Part shown: in pieces, positions 13,133 through 25,319 of the stretch
Layout of the letters: each line of letters begins with the position of its first letter
How positions within the stretch are numbered: position 1 is the first letter of the stretch
Source: Carcharhinus longimanus
Lineage: Eukaryota
Assembly: GCA_030264375.1 (NCBI GenBank)
Contig: JASCQW010000128.1
Location: forward strand, 20,492,961-20,556,960
Direction: 5' to 3'
DNA length: 64,000 nt
Position numbers and translations under genes: made by a program
The notes under the pieces: model-generated
Database searches by the model: none
What the model saw: only the letters and a program-made list of their open reading frames with translations
Told to the model about the DNA's origin: nothing

Positions 13133-14814
13133 TCTCACAACACCAGGTTAAAGTCCATCAGGTTTATTTGGTAGCACGAGCTTTCGGAGCGCTGCCCTTT
13201 CATCAGGTGAGTGGGAGTTGGGTTCACAAATTGAATGTATATAGACAGAGACTCAATTACAAGATAATGGTTGCGATCCAACTCTTAACAGGTAATCAAG
13301 TCTTTACAGGTGCAGACAATGTGAGTGGAAAGAGGGTCAAGCACAGGTTAAAGAGGTGTGAATTGTCTCCAGCCAGGACCGTTAGTAAGAGTTTATAAGC
13401 CCAGGCAAATCGTGGGGGTTACTGGTAGTGTGACATGAACCCAAAACCCCAGTTGAGTGCAGAACTTGGCTATCAGTTTCTGTTCAAGCGACTCTGCATT
13501 GCCATGTGTCTTGAAGGCCGCCTTGGAGAATGCTTATCCGAAGGTCAGAGGCTGAATGCTCTTGACTGTGAAGTGTTCCCAGAGAGAAAGGGAACACTCC
13601 TGCCTGGTGATTGTCGAGCGATGTCCATTCATCCGATGTCATTGCGTTTGCATGGTCTCACCAATGTACCATGTCTCGGGACATCCTTTCCTGCAGCGTT
13701 TCAGGTAGGCAATGAGTGTGGAGAGGACCTTGGCGAGATGACATGGTGAAGGTGCCAAAGAAGATGTCGTAGTGTCTCTGCTCCAGGGAAGTATTGGACG
13801 ATGAAGGGTACTGTCCACCATGTACCCGTGTTTATCTTCTGAGGAGGTTAGTGCTGTGGTGCATCGGAACTGTTGATCGATGAGTCGAACACCATATCCT
13901 ATTCTTACGAGGACATCTTTCAGTATCTGTAGCGTTCCTCCTCTTCTGCGCGGATCCTGTGTAGCAGATCCCCACACCCCCACTATTTGCTTTCAAACAA
14001 CCATACAATCTCAGACCACTGTTAGCAGCAAACTACCCGACTTTCAGGAGAACAGTGGCCACGACACCACACAATCCTGCCACAGCAATCTCTGCAAGAC
14101 ATGCCAAATCATCGACACGGATGCCGCCATCGCACGCAAGAACACCATCCACCCAGGTACATGGTACACACACTTGCGACACTGCCAACATTGTCTACCT
14201 GATATGCTACAGGAAAGGACGTGCCAAGACATGGTACATCAGAAAGACCATGCAGAAGCTATGGCAATGATTGAATGGACACAGCGCGACAATCAACAGG
14301 CAAGGATGTTCCCTTCCTGTGAGGGAACACTTCAGCAGTCAAGGGCAGTCAGCCTCTGATCTTCAGGTAAACATTCTCCGAGGTGGCCTTCACAATACAC
14401 AACGTAAAATCGCTGAGCAGAAACTGATAGCCAAGTTCCACACACAAGGGTGACCTCAACCGGGATCTTGGGTTCATGTCACACTAACAGTGACCCTCAC
14501 GACTTGCCTAAGCTTGCAAAATCTTACTAACTGTCCTGGCTTGAGACAATTTGCACCTCTAACTTGTGCTCAACCTTCTCTCCACTAGCATTGTCTGCAC
14601 TTGTAAAGACTTAGTTACCTGTTAAGGCTCGCATTGCAACTATTATCTTGCAATTGAGTTTGTGTCTATAAATGCCCTTTTTGTGAACCCAATTCTCCAC
14701 TCACCTGATGAACCAGCAGCGCACTGAAAGCTCATGCTACCAAATGAACCTGTTGGACTTTAACCTGGTGTTGTGAGACTTCTTACTGTGTCTATCCCAG
14801 TCCAATGCCGGCAT
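13133..14814. mobile_element. Penelope-like element in inverted (fold-back) arrangement, GIY-YIG endonuclease remnants
   Basis: NIVYLIC..WYI..T.Q.L..MNGH...LPVREHF...AEQKLIAKFHT on plus, mirrored on minus 13133-13730; 10-bp TSD ctcaaaaaag at 13123-13132 and 14815-14824. Confidence 0.85.
13175..13210 (-). ncRNA. Minimal type I hammerhead ribozyme motif in Penelope pLTR
   Basis: Minus strand reads cac-c-tgatga-a-agggc-agc-gctcc-gaaa-gctc-gtg: CUGAUGA core, stem II, GAAA, palindromic AGCU, cac/gtg stem I. Confidence 0.65.
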
Positions 14815-15739
14815 CTCAAAAAAGAGACACTCTGCAGAATGTGGCTCTCTGTTAAACACTGATATAAAGCTGACAGCAAAGGTGTTGGTGAATCGTTTAG
14901 AGCCTTGTTTTCCTGGTATAGTATCTGGAGATCATTCTGACTTTGTAAAAAGACACCAATTAATCTCGACTTCTTGACATTATACTTTCCCCAAATGCCT
15001 CGACCAACCCTGAGACTGTTGTCTTTCTGGATGCGGAGAGGGCTTTTGACTGGGTGGAGTTGGATGATTTGTTTACAATTTTGGGTAAATTTGGGTTTTG
15101 TTCAAAATTAATTTCATGGATTCAGCTTCTCTATACCTCCCCTACCCCAAGTGTTCACTAACTCTCTATTGTCAAAGTACTTCCCTCTATCCAGTGGAAT
15201 CCAACAAGATGGCCTTTTGTCTCCACGCCTCTTTATCCTGGCAATAGAGCCCCTGTCCATAGCCTTAAAGTCATCAATCCTGCTAAAGGGTATCCACTGA
15301 GCTGGGCTCTGTATCCTTGTGTGCTGATGACCTCTTATTATATATTACCAACCCTACTATCTGTATTGACGACATAATGAATATTCTCAATACCTTTGGC
15401 TCACTCTCTAGCTATAAAGTGAATATCAAAAAGTGAGCAAAAGTGAGTGTTTTCCAGTCAACCCTATTGCCAAACAGATTCCTCCAGAAGCTTTCCCATT
15501 TTGTATATCTTTTGGTGGTTTTCATTACTCCGGTATGAATATAACAGTCTCTTGCAGCTCTTCACAAAACATATCTTACAAGCCTGATCACCAAAGTTAA
15601 GGCAGATTTACAAAGCTGGGATGAAAGTTGTCTCTTTCCTTAGCCGGCAATATTAAATCTGTGAAAATGAACATTCTGCCCAAGTTCCTGTTTATTTTCC
15701 TTCCTATTGTTTTAACAAAATCACATTTTGTTATGGTAA

Positions 15740-16001
15740 GAAGTCTCAGAGCACCAGGTTGAAGTCCAACAAGTCCATTTAGTAAAACAAACATTTGTAG
15801 CATTGCCCCTTCATCAGGTGAGTGAAGAGTTGGGTTCACAAACAGGGCATATATAGACACAAACTCAATTACAAGAGAATGGTTGGAATGCGAGTCCAGG
15901 TAATCAAGTATTTGTAGGTGCAGACAATGCAAGTGGATGGGGGGGTTAAGCACAGGTTTAAAGGGGTGTGAATTGTCTCAAGCCAGGACAGTTAGTAAGA
16001 T
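15740..16001 (-). mobile_element. Penelope pLTR fragment inserted in L1
   Basis: Homologous to 13133-13395; exact 14-bp TSD ttttgttatggtaa at 15726-15739 and 16002-16015. Confidence 0.85.
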
Positions 16002-16356
16002 TTTTGTTATGGTAAATAAGCTGATACCAACATTTGTCTCGGCAAGCTAGACCCGCAGAGCGATATTCAGAGAGGGAAACGGGTTGCTGGGCTAGTATTA
16101 CCCTAACCTACTATACCATTATTGGGAAGCCAATATTCAAAAACTTTTACTATGGTGTCACGGTCCAAGTATAGACTGGTTTTTATGGAAGCGCTTTCCA
16201 GCTGCTCATCCTCTCTTTCTGCATTCATTTGTGCCCCACTATCCTTATCTCTTTCTAAATACACATCAAACCATGTTGTGATTTCTGATTTAAAAATATG
16301 GAAGCAATTTTGTTAACATTTTAAACTTCCCTCTCGGCTTGATTTGTAATAACCGT

Positions 16357-16918
16357 TCATATAAGTTCATAAAATATGGGAGCAGAATTAGGCCATTCGG
16401 CCGATCAAATCCACTCTGCCATTCGATCATGACTGTTTTGCTCATCATCCCCATTTTTTTGCCTTCCTGCCATAACCTTTCAACCCATTACCAATTAAAA
16501 ATCTGTCTAACTCCTCCTTAGATGTGCCAGCAACCACTGTACTTTGGGGTAGCAAATTCCACAGATTCACAACCCTTTGGGAGAAGTCATTTCTCCACAA
16601 CTTTCTTTTAAATTTGCTACCCCTTATACTAAGACTATGACCTCTTGTTCTAGAATGTCCCACTAGAGGAAGCATCCACTCCACGTCTATTTTTATCATC
16701 TTGAATACCTCAATTTGATCTCTGCTCATTCTTCTAAATTTCAGAGCGTGTCGGCCTAAACTGATCAATCTCTCTTCATACAACAAATGCCTCAACTCTG
16801 GGATCAATCTATGAACCTCCTCTGAACTGCCTCCAATGCCATTACATCTTTCCTGAAATTCAGGGACCAAAACTGTGCACTATACTCCAGGTGCAGCCTC
16901 ACAAATGCCTTGCATAGT
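16357..16918 (-). mobile_element. CR1 3' fragment inserted in L1
   Basis: ORF ...SRTRGHSLSIRG...FSQRVVNLWNLLP...LDRFL and CR1 tail. Confidence 0.85.
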
Positions 16919-19144
16919 TACCTTCCAAGGTTGACTTGGCATTTGCTTTGAGGGGAAGGGAGACTCGAACAGTTTATTAATCTGTTTGTTTGCCGCAATC
17001 CAGTAGTTTTGTGCGTTTTCACTGCTCACATCTGTCTCAACTACCTCTAAATACATTGCATTAAAAGTTTTTCTTCAACGCCAGCAACAAATGTGACAGA
17101 TGTTCACTTGCCCTTGCAGACCATCCCCACATGTTCTGGTCATGTTCGAAACTCGCTGCTTTTTTTTGACACTCTCTCCAAAGTTCAAGAATTTGACTTG
17201 CAGCTTTGTCCTTTGATAGTTATATTTAGAGTCCCATCTGATAGGGCAGTCTCACATAGATTAAGGCAGTGTCATTGCATTCAATGACACTGCATTAATG
17301 GCTGCAGATTCTATTAACTTGGAGCTCCCCCAATCCACCCAGTCACTCTCATGTCCTTTCTTTAGTTGGAAAAAATTAAATATACCAAAAGAGGATCCAC
17401 TGAGAAATTTTATCATAGATGGCAGCCTTTTGTCTCTTTCTTTGGAGTTAATTACTGTCGATTGTTAGATTAAATTGGGATTTTGGGGGTTTTTATTTTT
17501 CAGTTTTTGTTTATTCATTTGTTTACTGGAAGGAGGAGCTGCGTCAATGTATTGTGTTGTACTTTGTTTGTTTGCTTGCTCTTTCTTTTTGAAAACCAGT
17601 AATATTTTTGTCAAAACAGGTTACCACCACAAAGAAAAATCAGAGTGATTGTTGCTTCCATGCCTTTAATTATTGCGGAGGTACACCACCTTGCGTTGAC
17701 AGCATTGCAGACCAGGCATCCTCTACCTTCTTGTGTGAAGAGTATTGAGGAGGTGAGTTAACAGAGGTGGGGAGAGAAGCAACTGAACAACTGGAAACAT
17801 TAAACATGGAGTACATAAGAAAATAAGTTTCAATGCTGTTCAAAGTAAATAATTAGTTGTTTCATTTTTATTCCAAATTGACAGCCCAAAGACAGAGTTA
17901 CTATTCTCTAAAGAACAGTAAAGCCACTATTAGCCACTTCTTGTGCATTGCTAACATTGCTGCTTACCCTTCCCCACAAAGATTAACCTAAAACAAGCCT
18001 TGATTTGTGTAGCTTGATCAGCTTTTATCAAGTATCAATCCTGTCAATCAGCATGCCCTATTATCTGGAGGTCAAATGATTTGGACTATCAACAGATCTT
18101 AAAAAATTGATAACAACAAATTGATGACATAGCCTAAAGTAATTTGGAATTCTGAGTCTGAAGCTCATTTACCAGATGGAAAACAAGTACAAGCCTGACA
18201 TAAAACCAATTTTGTATGCACACACAAATAGATTTGCGACATAGTATAAAAGATGTTTGCTAGAAGGGAATAAACCTATATCTGAGAATAGTCTCCAACT
18301 GCAAAGAATACACACTGTACAAGTTCACCATCACAGTTTCTAACTTGTGGAGGGGATGATCACCTTGCACGGTTGCCATGGAGGTGCAACACAACTGTGG
18401 AAGTTAGCAATTAGTTCAGCCAATTCCTGATTTTGCAAATTAACAGATGTGTTTTTTCCGGTTGAGAAATGAATTAAGTTAATACATTCAGATCTGGTTC
18501 TGAATCCAGTAACTGCAAGGGTGATTGGCAGCTGAATAGCCTGAGTGAATGTTCCTTATTTTGCCTGCAACGTACAAAAGAAACCAATGACTAGCCACAA
18601 GCTACAACAAAACTCATTAGCTGTATTCACTCAGTTTAGTGGAAAATGTGTCACAGGCAATATGCTTCACATTTTGTGTTACTTATTAAACATCAGTACA
18701 AAATCTTGCAGTCTCTTTCTTCCACTGAAGTCTGAAATTCTGTCATGAATATAATCAGGCACATGCAACATCTAGGCTTCTGTCTGGCTGTTGTGGGTAG
18801 TACTTCAACTTCATCAAAGTGATCACTGAGAATGTTGATTTGTATGAGACTCACCCAGCACCCTCTTTCATGCCAGACTGGTTCTCCACCCAGATCTGCA
18901 CCCACCCTCCACACTGGCCTCCCATTCGCCTTCCAGACTATTCAAGTTCCATTCTAAAATGTAGAATAGCACCATTTAGCATCACTTCAAATAAATTACA
19001 GCCCGCAATTTATATCATGGTTTCCAATATTCTATTTCAGTTATGGGGTGGCAAATAAAACATAATGTCTCCTCAAAATGATAGGCCTGCTTCAGAAGAC
19101 TTCAATAACGATGAAAGGGTTAATAGACACACATGTTGAAAAAT

Positions 19145-19374
19145 CAGTAAGAAGCCTCACAACACCAGCTTAAAGTCCAACAGGTTTATTTGGTAGCAAA
19201 ATCCAATAGCTTTCGGAGTGCTGCTCCTTCGTCAGACAAGTGCTGACTTGATGAAGGAGCAGCGCTCCGATAGCTAGTGGATTTTGCTACCAAATAAACC
19301 TGTTGGACTTTAAGCTGGTGTTGTGAGACTTCTTACTGTGTTTAACCCCAGTCCAACACCGGCATTTCCACATC
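19145..19374. mobile_element. Penelope-derived palindromic mini-element
   Basis: About 90-bp near-perfect inverted arms (19145-19235 / 19248-19338); TSD gttgaaaaat at 19135-19144 and 19375-19384. Confidence 0.85.
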
Positions 19375-19948
19375 GTTGAAAAATTACACAGGCCGAAAAA
19401 CAAAGGTCTTCTCATAAGGGCCTTCACTGACTGGCACCAAGGTCTTCAATCTGGTAAAGTACATAAATCAGACATCTGTAGCTGGAAAATGGGAGTGATC
19501 CACAGGTACAGAAACGAGCTGTACTATGAAGTTTTCATGCTGATTGGTATTATAATGAAGCAAGCATAAAGTAATTGTGATCCGTTTACGCTAATTACTT
19601 GTAAATCAACTTTGAAAACTTTAATTGCCTTTGTATCTTGGAATACGCCATTCTGACTAGCTACAGGGATATGAACTGTAGCTTCAGTGTCCTTGCTGTA
19701 GCTTGTTTTAAATTACCAGTTTAAGGAAAACTCTTACTTCTCTGGTTACTCGAAGGGTAAAGTTGTAATCAATTAAAAAGCTGACATCAAAGCCTGCAAC
19801 AAATGGGAAAATGGGAGTGTAGTGGAATCTGATGAAAGGCATGATGTTAACTGCAAGAAATGAAACATTCAAAAGTAAGTCTGCAGCAAGAGACGAATCG
19901 TCAGCTTAAATCATGTTGTCAAAATTGTTCAATTTCTTTATCCTAGAT

Positions 19949-20349
19949 CAATGGTTCTCCAACCTTTTTGGTTGAAGGATCCCTTTTCAAATAGATAGTG
20001 ATTACAGAACAACCGATCTCAATCACAATACATTTTAACAATTATTACATGAAAATATTGCGGGTAGAGCATTTTAATAATGTTAAAAAAGTTATTTACT
20101 TCTTAATATTTATTTTGAATATTTCTAGATATAAAGGATCTTTGTTCCCATCTCAGCCTGCCTCCATGTGTACTCACTTCCTCAGTGCTGCACATGTGGC
20201 TGCCAGTATTTCACTCCCTTTTCACACCATGCACTCCCCTACCCCAAAAAAGGTTGACCCAAGTCAATAAACACTTCCACATTATTTTGTGGATGCCCTG
20301 GACAATCTCCATATATCCAGGGATCCACAAATCAGTTTGACAGCTGTTG
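19949..20349. mobile_element. hAT (Charlie/MER5-like) non-autonomous DNA transposon
   Basis: Left end caatggttctccaacctttt, degenerate right end gtttgacagctgttg; 8-bp TSD tcctagat at 19941-19948 and 20350-20357. Confidence 0.7.
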
Positions 20350-21159
20350 TCCTAGATTTCCTACTGTTCCTTGTGCAAAACATACTATGAACAAAATCAG
20401 AGTACTAATAGACATTGCGAGCTATTACCTCTGTTATCTGAACAATGAGGAGCAAGGAGTTTAACTTGAGTTTGAAGCTATCTGCTTATGATGAATAGTG
20501 CTTTAGTAAGTAATGTAAAGAATTAGTGAAAAGAAGGGAGTAAGATGTGTGTTAGTTGTAGAGCAGCTTTGCAATAATTTTTTACTAGGCATATAAGGTG
20601 AACAACTTAATATTTGAATTTACGGGGAGAAGTAAATAATTGTGTATAATACAAACTATTTATTCTCTGCACCTTCCCCACCTACATAAAGAAATAAGTC
20701 TTTTTGTGTACAGCAAATTCCCACCGCACGTGACTTCCTTGTTTGTGCATCTGCTTACCCGTGCTTTGTACACCACATCACGTGAGCAATGTTCACTCGT
20801 CCCAATTTTCTTTCGCTAAGGAGCAGAAGATTCCTTCTATTAGTCCTGACCGTGGACATTTAATTCTCTTTTGTAAGCACTTTTCCAACAGAGTGAGAAA
20901 CGGTGCCTGGAAATGGATACAGCTGTAGTGCATCTCGAATAGAGAGATTAACCTCGAAATATCAAACTTTCTCGGTCCCGAGCTGCAATAATTGCTCCAT
21001 TAAATTTTGAAATATTCACCGATTTTATCTGCCAGTTTTAAGGTGTTTAAATTTTTTCTTAAACAAGGCCCATCTTTTCTTAAGGTTTCCAATATATATC
21101 TTGTATTGCTCAGAGGCTCCCCCAACCGTAGCATCATAATTTGCTGCATAGTATTGTAA

Positions 21160-21300
21160 CCGCTCAAATGAATGCGGTCCTCGCATTGCTGGAATCTATC
21201 AAATTGGCTCCCATTGAAAATCATGTTCATCATTCATGATTTTGCTATTTGTGAGGCTTTGCAGGAACGTAATCCCTGCAAGTGGCAGGGCTTTATTGTA
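21160..21300. mobile_element. Possible Tigger/pogo-type DNA transposon end
   Basis: ggaacgtaatccctgcaagtggcagggctttattgta resembles Tigger-like terminal sequence ending in TA; other end not found. Confidence 0.35.
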
Positions 21301-23354
21301 AATTATTTTGCTCACTTACCCTACCTCGATTGCTAAGTTTATTTCAAAGAAACATTGTTCTATGTGAATTAAAATTAACAAATACTCAAGACAGAAAAAT
21401 TGAGAGGAAGGACATTAACTATAAGACTTACAATTCATTTCTAGCTTCACATGACTTCCACAAATTACTTGAATTTTGTTCCTGTGCCTTATACCATCAA
21501 CAAACCCTTAACGTAAAGTCACTTTTACCACTAATTTCAGCTCTCAATTTCTTTACATAAGTGATAATAGTGACTTTTCCTCAGGGGCTCAAACAATGGC
21601 AACAACTATTAGATTAAAACATTACTTGCTCCTCACTTGCAATCAAATATTCTACAATTCATTACGTTCTCAATTAACTATAAACTATGCCAGTGACGAT
21701 TAATGACATTGCTACAATACACTAAATTTTGATCCCATTTTCAGCTTGGATCATCACTTGGTAGCATTCTTGCCCAAATTCAAGCTCCAAATCAGGACTG
21801 CACATAACCTGAGAAGAGGGTTTACTACAATACTGAACGAGTGCTGCGTTTTCAGGCATGTTGGCTTTCAGATGAAACATTAAGTCATAGGCCCTATGCC
21901 TTTTTAGGTGGACAAAGAAAAACTTAAGACACTATTTGTAGAAGAGTTCAGTGTTCAGAAGAGATAAGTTCTCTCACTAGCTATTTATGAAAACTTATCC
22001 TGTGCAAACTTCCATATTGTTCGATGCTGAATTTATCTAAATACACAAGTAGCTATACTTCAAAAAATTCACAGAATGTGAAATATTAAAGCATCCCAAT
22101 ATACTTAATATGTTATCACTGCATAACAATGCCACTGCAGAACATCAAGAATAACGGACACATACAAGGAAGAAAAAAAACTGTAACCTGATGCACACCA
22201 TCCTTGTAGATATGGAACATTACAGGTGCTAGCCACTTAAAGATTTCACATGAATTCCCGTAAACCAACATTTCATCAATTTCATTCCATGGTGATCATG
22301 ATGCTCTGATTTTGTTTTTACAACTAAAACAATCTAATGCATAGTCTCCATAAATCGAAGAATAAAGAATAAATGTTATATATTTTGTGTTCAAAGTCTA
22401 GAAAAATGTTTGCATTCTCTTGGTAATTCTTAATGGCTTCTTTGTTGAGATCGTTATTCAAGAAGTAAATAAAAAGTGGTAATACGCCTCTGGCTATAAA
22501 AGGTTTGGGAAAAATCAATAGAATGAAAAGATAAAATTTGACAGGAACTGCCTGTAATTAGACTCATCTGGACAATAACTTAAGAATTTAATGAATTTGC
22601 AACCTGTCAGTTATTTTAGTGGTGCAGCTGTTGTTGCTGTTCAACATTTTCTTTGAAGGTGGTTCTTCTAAGGTCAATGAAACATCAAGATTTAATTTTG
22701 AATTGCCTCATTTTCAATCATCCTACAATTTATAACGTGGAGCAAGCTTTCAATATCTCTCTTGAAATCCACTTAATGCACAGAATATCCTGCAGTAATT
22801 TATATTCAAAATATCCTTAGCACCGGAAAAACAAGTTTTGCAGTTTTGTCCTGGTATCCATCTGTCTGTCAACAAACTCCAAAATGTCAGGTCACCATTG
22901 GAAATGCACAGAGAGAAGAAATGGTTGTACACACAACATGAATATTTTATTGGTACTAATGAAAAGCCACATCTGAAACATTAACCTCTCATTTTTTCAG
23001 TATCAGATATATAGCATCTCAGTCTGTATCTATATGTTTTCATCTCAGATTTCCAACATTTACAATTATTTAAAACATTTGCGGTTTCATTTATAAGCCA
23101 ACTCTAAATATAAAGTATTCCTTAAGTTTGGCTTGCAGTTTTACCCTCTCTTTCTTAAAACTTTAATTTTGTATACATTTCTTTTCAAAATATCAATTTG
23201 TTTCATTACTTATTGGATCATGGTTTTTCCTCTTCCCCATTTTTTTCATTCACAGGAGCAGATAAGTGCTTGACTATTCTTTGCATGATTAGCTACATCT
23301 TCTCTCACCTGCACAGCTGTTCTCCACATGGTTTCTTTTATATGTCGATTTAGC

Positions 23355-23700
23355 CATTCATGTCAGTAGGTTCTGGGTTCAAGCATCACTCAGGGAACTT
23401 ACGCAAACCAAACTAATGCCTTAGTGCAGATAAGATGTTAAATAAGCCTTTCTGCACGTTAAGGTGGACATAAATTAGTCAAACAAATGCATGGATTTCT
23501 TCCTTGTCCGAACCAACATCTGTCCTTCAACCAACATGACCAAAACAGATTAGCTGGTTATTAATTTCATTAATTTTTGTGGGACATACTGTATGCTGCT
23601 GACTGACTGCCACTTCTGCATACATTACAACATTGACCATTGTGCAAAATAATTAATTGGCTCTGAAGTGTTTTGGAATGTGCTTCATAAATTAAAGTTT
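23355..23700 (+). mobile_element. Old tRNA-derived SINE with Deu-like core (SacSINE1/AmnSINE-like); similar copies at ~21755-22100 (+) and ~3050-3180 (-)
   Basis: gggttcaag B-box; ccttcaaccaacat..ccaaaacagatta.ctgg.tatt...tgtggga core; tgaagtgttttggaatg tail. Confidence 0.5.
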
Positions 23701-25319
23701 TTCCTCTTTTTACATCTATTCCTGTTGAATATTCAAGAGTATTATTGCTTCAGCTTCCCACGAGCACAATTCGGAAACAGCAACTTAATTCTATACAGCA
23801 ACTCATAATTGGACACAAAGCACAATCCCATATTACAAATCATTCTTGCCCTGTTGCTGGTCACCCTAAAAACCACATTTATCCATGCAGTTTCCAAATA
23901 CTTGAAAGGTTTACTAATACAAGATAACGACCTCACCATTCCAAACTTGATTCCTTCAATGTTACTATGAACTTGATCACAGGAATCTGGAGAAGTGAAC
24001 ACACAAATTATTCACTAATCCCCAAAAATGCAGAATCCTGTTTTCAGACAAGTCACATTTGTCTTCAGGGCTGCAGGATTAGACCATAACAAAAATAACT
24101 GGTGGTGGATATAAGGTTTGAATTGAAACAAACAGGGCCAGAATTTCTGAGCTCCAGGGTGTCATTTTTGGAGGGTATACCAAAGCTGCGCTGGGGAACC
24201 TGGCCCGCAGAAGTTCCTAGCTAAGGCTTGCACAGCAACTGCCTGGGAAGTACAAATTTCCCACACGTAATTGCCCTGCACTGGGAACCATCCAAAAATA
24301 CAGTTCAAGTCACAAACTTCAGATGGTTCCAACTATCTCACATCAGTAGTTACCTAGAAAAAAAGAGAAGAATTAAAACTAATTCTAGCTTCCAGGTAAC
24401 TAACTGACTGCTGACCAAGCATCTGTCCTGCCTCTAGCACCATGCCAGTCTCTTCCCCAACACTGCCAGGCCTAATTCATCCCCACCACCCACCTCCAAG
24501 GCTTAACCCAACCAAAAATCACCCCACCCCAAGACAGGATCCAATACCCAATCCGCAGGCTCTACCCAACCTGACAGCCCCCTCATACTCAAGGCCCCTC
24601 CAAAATCCATCCTCCCAATCCTACCCACTTACCTTTGCCATGGCTTGTCAAGGACCATTAAATCCTTTAAATCTACACAGTTTACAGAAGGGGAGTGATT
24701 TTCTCTCATGCAACTCTACAGCCCTCAAATGTTGGGTTCTGGGAAGGCACTGCACTGCCCAGATCCCACCCAGTCTGAGTTGGAAGATCAGGCCAGATAG
24801 GATCATCTGGATTTCAAGCTAAAAACTTGAGTGGTGTGGCAATCTGACTCAATTGTCATTCCATCTGAAGTCACAGGCCACAATCTGCTTTGAATCAGAA
24901 ACAAATGGGAACAGTTTCACCTGATCAAGTCCAAATCTTCAATCAGGTGCATCTGGGAAAACAAATCACCCTTCCAACAATTTCTGTACAATTTCAGTTC
25001 CCTTTATACAATGTTATTCTCAGCTAGAATAAGCAAATTGGTTATCTGTAACCCAGATATCTGTAATCCTGTTCTTTAACTCATTAATTGCTGCCCTCTC
25101 CCTCATTCTTTCTGATGGGAAGCTCCATGCCTCTTTCCATTTCCCTCAGGAAAAACAAGTTAAATTGGTAGTTGATCTGGCAAGGAGGCCGTACATGCAA
25201 GAACCACTCCAACTGCCCTGATGTTACAGGAAAATAAACGGATCAGTGTTTCTTTTGCATCATGTATCTATTTCTCTGCAGTACCATACATCACCAAGAA
25301 CAAAGAAATTGACAAGAAC

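Larger units (their letters stand above)
12580..17600 (+). mobile_element. Degenerate L1/Tx1 LINE ORF2 with three nested insertions
   Basis: DKAARLLAHQLR, GFPIEFF, LLNTDIKLTAK, LDAERAFDW, ADDL, VKMNILPKFLFIF remnants; T-rich 3' UTR ~17460-17600. Confidence 0.8.
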
